A DNA stretch of 64,000 nucleotides, taken from positions 2,464,001 through 2,528,000 of the forward strand of contig CBDFIQ010000002.1 in assembly GCA_965248195.1 (NCBI GenBank). Reading direction: 5' to 3'. Numbering within the stretch: position 1 is the first letter of the stretch; the number at the start of each line of letters is the position of its first letter. Under the pieces are notes generated by a model. That model ran no database searches. It had not been told where the DNA came from and saw nothing but the letters and a program-made list of their open reading frames with translations. The translations under genes were made by a program, and so were the position numbers. This stretch comes from Longimicrobiales bacterium. Its GTDB lineage: Bacteria > Gemmatimonadota > Gemmatimonadetes > Longimicrobiales > Gaopeijiaceae. Of this stretch, positions 31,342-40,745 are shown piece after piece.

Positions 31342-32198
31342 CCAGAGTCGATCAGTTCGAGAGCGTATTCCGCGCGGCGGCACGCACGGTATTCCAGCCG
31401 GAGCGGGTCGAAATCGATTCCGTTCTGGTAGTCTGTGATGGGGACGGAGCCGCCGCCGAAGAGTTCACGGCGCGGACCCACTCATTCCTCGGCGTCCTCG
31501 ACGAGAGCGAGAACCTTCGCTGGCTGACCGTACCGGGGAGTGAGTTCGCCACGGTGCCCGAGCTTCTCGAGCGGGTGGAAGCGGAACGCCCCGGCCTCAT
31601 CTGCACACATCGCCACCTCCACTCGGAGAGCTGGAGGTGGCCGTATACGCTGGGCGAATACGTGGACGTTCTGACCCAGGCGACGGCCACGCCCGTGCTG
31701 GTGATGCCCCACCCAGAGCGCCCGGAGTTCCAGGAACTGGCCGGACGTCGCCCGCGCTCGGTCATGGCGATGACCGATCACCTGACCGGGGACAACCGGC
31801 TGGTGAACTACGCCGCCCACGTCACGCAACGCGGGGGACGCCTCCTGCTCGGTCACGTGGAGGACGACACGATCTTCGAGCGTTACATGGAGGCCATCTC
31901 CAAAATCTCGACGATCGACACGGACGGGGCCCGCCAGGAAATCCGGGCCCGACTGCTGAAGGATCCGGAGGATTACATCGAATCCTGCCGGGAGGGGCTG
32001 GCCCGCAGTGCGCCGGAGCTCACCATCGAGTCGATCGTCACGTCGGGACACCACATTCGGGCGTACCGGCGCCTCATCGAGGAGCATGAGATCGATCTGC
32101 TCGTGATGAACACGAAGGATGAGGATCAGCTCGCCATGCACGGACTGGCGTACCCGCTCGCGATCGAGCTGCGTGCCATCCCGCTTCTGATGCTCTGA
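31338..32198 (+). CDS. Tandem universal-stress-like domain protein
   Basis: Two alpha/beta repeats ending PVLVM and PLLML, DLLVM motif; ATGA overlap with rsmD. Confidence 0.65.
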   Translation: MTRVDQFESVFRAAARTVFQPERVEIDSVLVVCDGDGAAAEEFTARTHSFLGVLDESENLRWLTVPGSEFATVPELLERVEAERPGLICTHRHLHSESWRWPYTLGEYVDVLTQATATPVLVMPHPERPEFQELAGRRPRSVMAMTDHLTGDNRLVNYAAHVTQRGGRLLLGHVEDDTIFERYMEAISKISTIDTDGARQEIRARLLKDPEDYIESCREGLARSAPELTIESIVTSGHHIRAYRRLIEEHEIDLLVMNTKDEDQLAMHGLAYPLAIELRAIPLLML

Positions 32199-32199
32199 T

Positions 32200-33651
32200 G
32201 TGCGCCCTGTGACGGCCCCTCTTTTTGCGCCACGTCTCCTAGCACCGATCCTTCAGGAGGCCACGCCCGGGACGAGCCCGGGGGTATCCCTGGCGGTGAC
32301 GCTCTTTTTCGCGACGCTCCTCGTGGGCATGATCCTTTGTTTGGCGTTCGAAGAGAAGCTCCACGCCAAGAAATCACTGATCGTCGGGCTCTCGGCCGTG
32401 ATCACACTACTCGCCGGAGCCGTGCTCCTGCCCCTTCCGTATGGGCCCTACCTGATCGGGGAGCACGAAGTCGCGCTGCCGGTCTACATTCCGGCCATCG
32501 ACTGGGGCGTCATCACCATCATCTTGGGCGCGAGCCTTTTCGTAGACGTCACCTCCCGATCCGGGCTGTTCACCTGGATCGCGATTCGGCTAACCAAAGC
32601 CTCGCGGGGAGACCCCGTGAGGCTGCTCTGGTACTACGGCATCATGACCGTCGCGTTTTCGGCCGTGCTGAACAACGTCACGGCGATGATCATCGTAGGG
32701 TCGCTCTCGGCCGTCTCCTTGGGTAAGCTCGAGCGGTCCGACAGGCTGCTCGGATTCCTCTTGATCGAAGGGCTCCTCACCAACGTGGGTGGGCTTCTTA
32801 CGCTCATCAGCTCCGTGCCCAACATCATCGTCGGGACCGCGGCGGGCATCAGCTTCATGGCGTTCTTCATCAAGTCTGCCCCGTTCGTTGTCATCGTCAC
32901 GGTCGCCACGCTCGTTCTGGGCGCACGCGTCTTCGAGATTCGGGGACTCGCCACCCCGGAAGAGATCGAGGAGGCAGCTCACCTGGTCGACGGCTTCGAC
33001 GAGCGTGACGGCATCGAGAGTCGAGCCTTCTTCTGGTTCGGCGCGGTGATGCTCCTGCTCTTCATCGTAGCGATCGCGACAGCCTCAGTGACTCCGTACA
33101 TACGCGATCTCGGAATGGGCTTCATCGCCCTGGCGTTCGCCGCCGTCATGTTGATCCGGTATAAGCATGAGGTGGACGAGTTCTACCGGACCATCGACTG
33201 GGATCTCCTCGCGTTCTTCGCCGCCCTCTTCGTGGTCATCTCGGTGATGGAGCACGCCCAGGTGCTCGCGCTCATCGGTGGCGGCGTCGAGCGTCTGATC
33301 TCCCTCGGTCCCAGGGCCGGAACCTCTGCCGTTCTCCTATCCTCGGCGGCGTTCAGCTCGGTAACCGACAACATCCCCCTCGCGGCGATGCTGGCCAAGA
33401 TAGTCGCCGGTATCCCCATGCCGGGTGGGGAGTTACGCCCACCTGGAGATCCCCTCTGGTGGGCCGTGATCTTCGGGGCGAATCTGGGCGGCAACTTGAC
33501 GCCGATCGGATCGGCGTCGACGCTGGTCGCGGTCACGATCATGCACAAGCACAAGGTTCCGCTCTCGTTCGTCGCCTTCGTGCGCAAGGCGTTTCCCTTC
33601 GCCGCCCTGCACCTGGCCCTCGCGGTCGGATACGTCCTTATCGGGACGTGA
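32200..33651 (+). CDS. ArsB/NhaD/SLC13-type ion transporter (IT superfamily)
   Basis: LNNVT, TNVGG...SSVPN, VTDNIP, GANLGGNLTPIGSAS. Confidence 0.88.
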   Translation: MRPVTAPLFAPRLLAPILQEATPGTSPGVSLAVTLFFATLLVGMILCLAFEEKLHAKKSLIVGLSAVITLLAGAVLLPLPYGPYLIGEHEVALPVYIPAIDWGVITIILGASLFVDVTSRSGLFTWIAIRLTKASRGDPVRLLWYYGIMTVAFSAVLNNVTAMIIVGSLSAVSLGKLERSDRLLGFLLIEGLLTNVGGLLTLISSVPNIIVGTAAGISFMAFFIKSAPFVVIVTVATLVLGARVFEIRGLATPEEIEEAAHLVDGFDERDGIESRAFFWFGAVMLLLFIVAIATASVTPYIRDLGMGFIALAFAAVMLIRYKHEVDEFYRTIDWDLLAFFAALFVVISVMEHAQVLALIGGGVERLISLGPRAGTSAVLLSSAAFSSVTDNIPLAAMLAKIVAGIPMPGGELRPPGDPLWWAVIFGANLGGNLTPIGSASTLVAVTIMHKHKVPLSFVAFVRKAFPFAALHLALAVGYVLIGT

Positions 33652-33785
33652 CAGAAGAAAGTGTTATCGCCTCGCCAAATCCACGCGTAACTTTTATTCA
33701 TAACATAGCGTCGAGCAGCGCGGGGGCACGCCCCGCACGGGGGTCAATTCTGAGACATCACGTTTGGCAGCAACTGCGCCAATTC

Positions 33786-34256
33786 ATGGCACGATACCGC
33801 ACGTGGCGTAAGAATTCGCCAGCAGGGTTCACCATTGTGGAACTGCTGGTCGTTACTGTGATCGTGGGTACGCTCTCGACCATGGCCGCCCCCTCGCTCC
33901 AGAGGGCACGTGAGCAGGCTCAGGTCGCGGCCGCGATTGCCGAGGTCAGAATCATCGCTTCGGAATTGGCGATTTACACCGAGATCAACTTTGGGAATCC
34001 GGGGAGCCTGGCTGCGATCAATCGGGCGGGCTTGCTCGATCCGTGGGGATATTCCTACATCTACAACCCCTTGACGGGACCCGGCAAGGGAAAGGCACGG
34101 AAGGACAAATTCATGGTGCCGCTCAACAGCGACTACGACTTGTACAGCGTCGGACCTGACGGTAGGAGTAGGGGTCCCCTCAGCGCGAAGGATAGCAAGG
34201 ACGACGTCATCCGTGCCCTGGACGGAGCCTATTTCGGCCTCGCCGACGACTTTTGA
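33786..34256 (+). CDS. Prepilin-type (GspG-like) pseudopilin
   Basis: Class III signal G|FTIVE + hydrophobic helix; DPWG.SY.Y, YDLYSVGPDG, DDVIRA. Confidence 0.85.
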   Translation: MARYRTWRKNSPAGFTIVELLVVTVIVGTLSTMAAPSLQRAREQAQVAAAIAEVRIIASELAIYTEINFGNPGSLAAINRAGLLDPWGYSYIYNPLTGPGKGKARKDKFMVPLNSDYDLYSVGPDGRSRGPLSAKDSKDDVIRALDGAYFGLADDF

Positions 34257-34283
34257 TGCCATGAGCCAAACGGACCGAAGCGA

Positions 34284-36038
34284 ATGAGATTCAACGTCGA
34301 GCACTTCAAGACCAAGCTCGGCCGGCGAATCGTGACCCTGTTCGTCCTGTGTGCCTTCCTTCCGACGGCAGCGCTGTCGTTCTTATCCTACCGGAGGGTG
34401 CGGTCGGAGCTTCTCGATCAAAGCAGCGAAATGATGGAGTTGGGCGCGACCGACGCTCAAATGGGGGCCCTCGAAAGGCTCCAATCCGTCGAGAACGAGT
34501 TGATTCTGCTGGCCAACTCTTCCGGCGTGGGCCGCACGCTCAGTGGCACAGGCGATGGCTCGAGCGGGACCGAGGCGCTGCGACGGCTCAGCGCCCTGAC
34601 GTTGGCTACGTCGGATGCGACCCTTCCGATCATCGGCGACCTTACGGATACGCCGCAGCTTCCTCCGGAGACGCTCGCCGAGCTCGACCGCGGCGAGAGC
34701 GCGTTGGTGGTGGTTCCGGGGCCGGCAGGCAGACCGGACATCTTGATCGCACGTGCTCCAGGTGAAGGGGGCACGGATGGCGGCGTACTCTGGGGGCGGA
34801 TCATCGCGGACAGCCTCTGGGCTACGGCTCAGGTTTACGCGGTCGGCCTCACCGCGAGCGACATCGACTTCCAGGACGACAAAGGTTATTGCGTGCTGGA
34901 CGGGGCCGGCCGGCCCCTGGACTGTGCCGGGGCACTGGCGACCTGGTTTTCCCGAGGGGCGCCCGGGGACATCCACATCCCGGGGGACGCCATTCACGGA
35001 GCCCTCTCGTGGGTCACCGACGGGACGGCTTATGCGGGCCACTACCGCCATCTATTCTTGAGAGGCTTCAACAGCGACAACTGGACCATCGTTATCGGCA
35101 ATGACGAGCGAGGCCTGCTGCAGCCGTTGGCGGAGTTTCAAAGGACGCTTTGGGGTTTTCTCGTGCTCACGCTTGCTCTGGTCGGTTGGTTGAGCCTGGT
35201 CGGTATCCGTCAGAGCATGGAGCCGTTGGCCAAGCTACGGGAGGGTACCCGCCGCGTCGCCGCAAAGGACTTCAGCACCCGCGTGCACATTTCGAGTGGA
35301 GACGAGTTCGAGGAGTTGGCCGGGTCTTTCAACAACATGGCCGAACGAGTGGGGACCTTGGTCAACGAGTTGCAGGATTTCAGCTGGAGCACGATTACGA
35401 CGCTCGCCCGCACCATCGACGCGAAATCCCCCTGGACCGCGGGCCACTCGGAACGGGTTTCCCAGATGTCTGTGGCCATCGCACGCGTCATGGGGTTACC
35501 CGAGGTCGAGCTGGAGCGGCTGTATCGTGGCGGACTCCTGCACGACATCGGCAAGATCGGCGTACCCGCCTCGATCCTCGACAAGAGGGGGACGCTCACC
35601 GAAGAGGAGTGGGCCGTCATGCGGAGCCACGTCACCATTGGCGCTCGTATTCTCGAACCGCTCACCCCCCTCGAAGACGTGATTCCGATCGTCCTCTACC
35701 ACCATGAACGCTGGGACGGCAAGGGGTATGAGGCCGGATTGGCCGGCACCGACATTCCCAAATTGGCTCGTATCTTGTGCGTGGCCGACACCTACGACGC
35801 CATACGCTCCGACCGCCCGTACCGCACCGGCAGAAGCCCGGACGAGACTCTCGAAGAGATTGCAATGTGCTCGGGAAGCCAGTTCGATCCCGACGCTGTC
35901 GCGGCTTTCGTCGAGTATATGGCGTCGGATGAAGGCGAGGCCGCCTCCCTGGGGAGGTTTCCGACGCCCTTTGGTGCGCCCGCCGCCGCCCACGGCCAGT
36001 CGCGCACGCTCGCCGACGTCGAGAGTGTCGGAGCATGA
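34284..36038 (+). CDS. Membrane sensor-HAMP-HD-GYP c-di-GMP phosphodiesterase-like protein
   Basis: Two TMs around a periplasmic domain, HAMP (DEFEELAGSFN), HSERV, LHDIGK, HHERWDGKGYE. Confidence 0.9.
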   Translation: MRFNVEHFKTKLGRRIVTLFVLCAFLPTAALSFLSYRRVRSELLDQSSEMMELGATDAQMGALERLQSVENELILLANSSGVGRTLSGTGDGSSGTEALRRLSALTLATSDATLPIIGDLTDTPQLPPETLAELDRGESALVVVPGPAGRPDILIARAPGEGGTDGGVLWGRIIADSLWATAQVYAVGLTASDIDFQDDKGYCVLDGAGRPLDCAGALATWFSRGAPGDIHIPGDAIHGALSWVTDGTAYAGHYRHLFLRGFNSDNWTIVIGNDERGLLQPLAEFQRTLWGFLVLTLALVGWLSLVGIRQSMEPLAKLREGTRRVAAKDFSTRVHISSGDEFEELAGSFNNMAERVGTLVNELQDFSWSTITTLARTIDAKSPWTAGHSERVSQMSVAIARVMGLPEVELERLYRGGLLHDIGKIGVPASILDKRGTLTEEEWAVMRSHVTIGARILEPLTPLEDVIPIVLYHHERWDGKGYEAGLAGTDIPKLARILCVADTYDAIRSDRPYRTGRSPDETLEEIAMCSGSQFDPDAVAAFVEYMASDEGEAASLGRFPTPFGAPAAAHGQSRTLADVESVGA

Positions 36039-36490
36039 AGCTCGGCAGATGGTGTGTCTCGGTGAGTATTCTCCTCATGGTCTCTGCCTGCGGATCCGAC
36101 ACGTTTGACAGGGCTGAGGCGAACATCGAGGGGCGGTGGATTACGACCGACGACCCCCGGTACGCGGATCGCGCGTTCGAGATCAAGGAAGAATTCCTCT
36201 ATCTACTACAGGGGGGAGACACCTTCTCGATACACAAGATCCGCGATGTCACGATCACCGACGAGGATCTTCCTCACTACACGATCGAGTATCGAGGCGA
36301 TGAAGGTGATTTGTTCTCGTTCCGGTTCTACCTGTCGCAAGAAGAAGGCGGCACCCTCTTGTTCCCGAACCAGATGGATATGAAGTGGCGCAGAGACCCC
36401 GGCGCCGAGGTGCCGTGGGGCGTACTCACGGATCCGGGGAGAACCACGCCGCCCCCCCTGGGTCCTGGGCGCCCGGGGTGGCCGCGGTAG
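36035..36490 (+). CDS. Hypothetical lipoprotein
   Basis: Lipobox MVSAC; ATGA overlap with HD-GYP gene. Confidence 0.7.
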   Translation: MKLGRWCVSVSILLMVSACGSDTFDRAEANIEGRWITTDDPRYADRAFEIKEEFLYLLQGGDTFSIHKIRDVTITDEDLPHYTIEYRGDEGDLFSFRFYLSQEEGGTLLFPNQMDMKWRRDPGAEVPWGVLTDPGRTTPPPLGPGRPGWPR

Positions 36491-36670
36491 GAATCACGGG
36501 ACGCGCCGGGTTCACTGGAGGAGCCCCTTCTCCCGAGACCTCCTCTTCGCTTGCGACCGGTGCGCCAGCTATGCAGGTTGATCACGAGCGACGCAGTTCG
36601 TGCATGACGCGCCGTTTCCTGCAACACGCTCGTTTCGGGTCTCCGCCCCGGCACCGATCAGGGAGAATCA

Positions 36671-37450
36671 ATGACGGCACCGACCGTACCGAATGTGGAC
36701 CGCGAGGTTCTACGCGAGGCGATCCAGGAGGAGTACGACGCGGTCGCGTGTGAGCCCGAGCGCGGTTTCCACTTTCATACGGGCCGTCCGCTCGCCGAGA
36801 TCCTGGGCTATCGAGCGGAGTGGCTCGAAGGGTTACCCGAGGGCTGTATCGAATCGTTCGCGGGCACCGGGAATCCGTTCCGCCTTGGGGCGTTGGAGCC
36901 CGGAGAGTGGGTCGTGGACGTCGGTTGTGGCGCCGGCATCGACTCTCTCATCGCCGCTAGGATGGTGGGCCCGGACGGGGGAGTGATCGGCATCGACATG
37001 ACCCAGTCCATGCTGAAGAAAGCGCAGGCCGCTGCAAAAAACTTTGACAACGTGGAATTCCGACTAGGGTTCGGCGAGGAGCTTCCCATACCGGACGGCT
37101 GGGCCGACGTCGTGATCTCCAACGGCGTGGTGAACCTGATGCCGGACAAGCAAGAGGCCCTCACCGAGATGGCCCGGGTGCTCAAGCCTGGGGGGCGCAT
37201 TCAGATCGGTGATATCCTCGTCGACCGGCCCGTGCCCGAAAACGAGAAGGAGAAGATCGAACTCTGGACCGGCTGAATCGCGGGCGCTCTGCTGGAGGCA
37301 GAGCTCGACGCCACGGTCGTGGCCGCGGGATTCACGGACTTCGAGATCACCTGGCGGGCGGACGTGTTCAAGGGAGCTCCCCAGCAGTCGAGCGCGGCGC
37401 AATTCGGAACGCTCGGGATCAACTATCGAGCCAGGAAGGCGGCTGACTGA
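36671..37450 (+). CDS. ArsM/AS3MT-like SAM methyltransferase, probable selenoprotein (UGA 37274-37276 = Sec)
   Basis: VDVGCGAG, VISNGVVNL; WTG-UGA-IAGAL stays open for 57 codons to TGA 37450, which abuts the next ATG. Confidence 0.85.
37277..37312 (+). promoter_or_regulatory. Putative bacterial SECIS element
   Basis: GCTCTGC-TGGAG-GCAGAGC stem-loop (37286-37304), G-containing loop about 17 nt after the UGA. Confidence 0.7.
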
Positions 37451-38686
37451 ATGGACAGGCGGACGCTGCTCAAAACCGGTACCATGGGTTTCCTGGGACT
37501 GGGGCTCGGCGGGTGCGCGACCGGATCCGGGCGGGGTGGCTCGCTCGTGCTCACCCCGGTCCGCGCCTCCTGGGACCGGGTCATCCGGACGACGGTGGGC
37601 CTGCGCCCTTTCCGGCCCTCCGGTTTCGTCCTTCGCGCTGAGAGGCTCGACGCCAAGACCGTCATCCACAACTACGGCCATGGGGGCTCGGGCATGTCTC
37701 TCTCGTGGGGAACGGCCTTCATGGCGGCCGAAATAGCAACCCAGCGGGAGGACCGTAGGGCCGCCGTGATCGGCTGCGGCGTAGTGGGACTGACCACGGC
37801 GAGACAGCTTCAACGGCGCGGCTTCGATGTCACCATCTACGCCATGGCCGTCCCCCCCAACACGACCTCGAACATGTCGCTCGCCGGCTTTACACCCACG
37901 TCCGGGCTCGTGGAGACCGATCAGCGCACAAGGGCCTGGGACGCTCAGTTCCGGCGTGCGGTGGAGATCGCCTACACGCAGCTCCAACTCCTGATCGGCC
38001 CGAAGTACGGGATCTCATGGCTGAACGGTTACTCGATGCTCGACGCCCCCCCGGCGAACGCTGCGGCACAGCCCGACTCGGGGCCGGGCCGGGCGAGCCT
38101 TCTGCCACCGGAGTTTCGGATAGGTAGCGTCACTCTTGGACCCGGAGACCATCCGTTCCCGACGCCATACGTGAGCTACCGGCCCAGGATCCGCATCGAG
38201 CCCTCGATCTACCTCGACGCGCTGGTGGAGGACGTCCTTCTTTTCGGGGGCGACATCGTCATCCGGAAATTCGACACGCCACAGGACCTGATGTCGCTGG
38301 AGGAATCGGTCATCGTCAACTGCACCGGTCTGGGATCCTACACCCTATTCAACGACGGGGAGCTGACGCCCCTGAAGGGCCAGCTCACCGTGCTCGTTCC
38401 CCAGCCCGAGGTCGATTACAGAACCTCCGGCGGCCTAAGCCGCAACACGTCGGGGGGTTTCGGCCTCAGCATGCAGCCGCGGAGCGATGGGATCGTCCTG
38501 GGCGGAACGTCCGAACGGGGCGTCTGGTCGCTCGAGCCCAACGAAGAGGCACGTCGGCGAGTGGTGGAAGGACATATCGAACTGTTCGACGCCATGCGCG
38601 GGTTGGCGCCCGTCCCCCAATTCGCGAGCGTCGGCCCACCCGACCACGTGCCACCCGTCGAGGCCTTTTTCGGACTCAACTCCTGA
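37451..38686 (+). CDS. Tat-exported D-amino-acid oxidase family FAD oxidoreductase (circularly permuted)
   Basis: DRRTLLK + GLGGC; VGLRP/HNYGHGG..LSWG precede VIGCGVVG; VNCTGLG. Confidence 0.85.
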   Translation: MDRRTLLKTGTMGFLGLGLGGCATGSGRGGSLVLTPVRASWDRVIRTTVGLRPFRPSGFVLRAERLDAKTVIHNYGHGGSGMSLSWGTAFMAAEIATQREDRRAAVIGCGVVGLTTARQLQRRGFDVTIYAMAVPPNTTSNMSLAGFTPTSGLVETDQRTRAWDAQFRRAVEIAYTQLQLLIGPKYGISWLNGYSMLDAPPANAAAQPDSGPGRASLLPPEFRIGSVTLGPGDHPFPTPYVSYRPRIRIEPSIYLDALVEDVLLFGGDIVIRKFDTPQDLMSLEESVIVNCTGLGSYTLFNDGELTPLKGQLTVLVPQPEVDYRTSGGLSRNTSGGFGLSMQPRSDGIVLGGTSERGVWSLEPNEEARRRVVEGHIELFDAMRGLAPVPQFASVGPPDHVPPVEAFFGLNS

Positions 38687-38820
38687 CGAACGTGGGGAGC
38701 CTCCAGACGGGCCAAATGATCGATACGATGACGATCATCAGCCTGTTCGCTCAGGAGCCCGAGAAGATTCTTCCGGGTCTCTGAGGTTGCGGCGGCTCGG
38801 AGCGCTATATACGGCCGAGC

Positions 38821-40695
38821 TCACGGAAGCTTGTATGCCACCACCACGTCAGTAGCGGCCAACGCCACGTACTGGTTGCCGTCGGACCCCAGGTAGGTCA
38901 TGGGGTTGGCGTTGCCTCTTCGCTCGAGGGTGGTCACCCAGAGCTCCCGGCCGGTCGTGGCCTCGAGGGCGCGAAAGCGACTGTCATCGGTCGCCGCGAT
39001 GAACAGAAGGCCGCTAGCTGTGACGATCGCGGCCGCACGTCCGGGGCGCCCGGTGTTCTGCCGGTCCGCAGGAAGCCCCTCGGTGATGCCGATCGGCTGC
39101 TGCCACACCACGTCGCCCGTCGAGCCGTCGACTGCGGTCAGTCGACCCCACGGTGGCTTTTGGCACGGCCAGCGCGCATCCCCCATCCGAACGTCGAAAC
39201 TCGACGGGCGCGGACCGCTTCTGCGGTATGGCAGCGGCGCCCCCTCGGCGGCGTCCTCCACCCAGGCGAGCGAGCCGAGATCTTGGCTGAACACGAACAC
39301 GTATCCGGAGTTGGGATCGAATGAGGCGCCGCCCCAATTGGGGCCGCCGACGAGTCCCGGGAACAGGAGCGTGGTCCTGCCCGACGTGCCTTGGGCGCGA
39401 TACACCCACGGCGTGAACGGTCCGGCGTTGTAGAGCTCCCCCGCGCTTGCGACCAGCTCCGCGCAGGCCGCCGCGTGTTCGGGGGACGTGTCCTCGGCAG
39501 AAACCAGGTCCGCCGGATCGTAGCGGACGCGGGCCAGGGCCGGTGGCTTCACCGGAATGGGCTGGGTCGGAAACGTTTGTTCGCCGGGAACATCGCTCTG
39601 TGGCACCGGCCGCTCTTCCACCCCGTAGATCGGCTCACCGGTGTCGCGATCGAGGATGTACAGGTAGCCCGATTTGGTGGTCACCCCGAGGGCGGAGACC
39701 GTGCCTCCATCGCGAGGAACGTCGAACAGCACGGGCGGCGCAGGCGGGTCGTGGTCCCACAGGTCGTGATGGATGGTTTGGAAGTGCCAAACGTATTCCC
39801 CGGTCCGGATATCCACCGCGACCAACGAGTTCGCGAACAGGTTGGCACCCCCCCGGTCTCCCCCGTAGGCGAAGGGGATAGGCGAGGCCAGAGGCACGTA
39901 CAGGTGTCCGCGCTGCTCGTCCATCGTGAAGTAGAAAGGCCAGGCGTTGGCGCCGAGGCGGCCCTGCCAGCTATCTCCCTCCCACGTGTCGTGTCCGATG
40001 CTGCCCGGCTGCGGAACGGAGCTGAACTCCCACACCTTGGCGCCTGTCCGAGCGTCGAAGGCCCGCGCGTTGCCGATGCCCCCGGGGGCCCCGCGCGGGG
40101 TGTTCGCGCCGACCACCACGATGTTCTCGTAGACCAGCGGTACCGAGTTGTACGGGATCCCCATGTCGATCTCGCCCGACTGTCCGAAGCTCGTCGCCGG
40201 TGTGCCGGTCGCCGCGTCGAGCGCGACCAGACGTCGGCCCGCAGTGAAGATGATCCGTGGTGGTGTGCCGTCCTCACCTGGCCAGTAGGCGACCCCGCGG
40301 CGCGAGGGCGCGCCGTCGACGACGGAACGCCACCAGATCTGCTCGCCAGTCGCCGGGTTGAGCGCAACCACCCGGTCCACGGCCGGCAGATACATGACGT
40401 CACCGACCACGATCGGCGTCACCTGCGAGTTCGGCTCCCGGCTTCCCTGCCCCGGGCCGCCACCGACCAATGCTCGAGTCCGCAGCGAGTAGCTCCAACC
40501 CTGAGTCAGGGTCGCCACGTTGCCCGGCGTGATCTGTGTCAGCGGCGAATAGCCGGTCCCGGCCAAGTCGCCGCGATACATCGGCCAGTCGACGTGCGAC
40601 GGGGTGTCGAGCCCTTGTCGGGCACAGCCAGACCCGACCAGGGCGACAGCGAGCAGCGCACCCGCGCTTACCAACATGAGGCGCGTGGAGCGCAT
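38821..40695 (-). CDS. PQQ-dependent dehydrogenase (glucose/quinate type), lipoprotein
   Basis: YSPLTQI, RRGVAYW, WHFQTIHHDLWDHD, PPWG, ANPMTY. Confidence 0.9.
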   Translation of the reverse strand: MRSTRLMLVSAGALLAVALVGSGCARQGLDTPSHVDWPMYRGDLAGTGYSPLTQITPGNVATLTQGWSYSLRTRALVGGGPGQGSREPNSQVTPIVVGDVMYLPAVDRVVALNPATGEQIWWRSVVDGAPSRRGVAYWPGEDGTPPRIIFTAGRRLVALDAATGTPATSFGQSGEIDMGIPYNSVPLVYENIVVVGANTPRGAPGGIGNARAFDARTGAKVWEFSSVPQPGSIGHDTWEGDSWQGRLGANAWPFYFTMDEQRGHLYVPLASPIPFAYGGDRGGANLFANSLVAVDIRTGEYVWHFQTIHHDLWDHDPPAPPVLFDVPRDGGTVSALGVTTKSGYLYILDRDTGEPIYGVEERPVPQSDVPGEQTFPTQPIPVKPPALARVRYDPADLVSAEDTSPEHAAACAELVASAGELYNAGPFTPWVYRAQGTSGRTTLLFPGLVGGPNWGGASFDPNSGYVFVFSQDLGSLAWVEDAAEGAPLPYRRSGPRPSSFDVRMGDARWPCQKPPWGRLTAVDGSTGDVVWQQPIGITEGLPADRQNTGRPGRAAAIVTASGLLFIAATDDSRFRALEATTGRELWVTTLERRGNANPMTYLGSDGNQYVALAATDVVVAYKLP

Positions 40696-40745
40696 GAAGT
40701 TCTCCAATCTCACGGGCGGAAGAAGTGTGCCGGAGGAGGACCCGA

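Noticed and set aside
33764..33797. Sigma-54-like motifs before the pseudopilin
   Set aside because: One has GG-N9-GC spacing; the other lacks TTGC and would start transcription past the ATG
23157..37450. Unified arsenic-resistance cluster (ArsA-like, ArsB-like, ArsM-like)
   Set aside because: The genes are dispersed in separate operons, no arsR/arsC/arsD is present, and the ArsA-like and ArsB-like proteins belong to broader families
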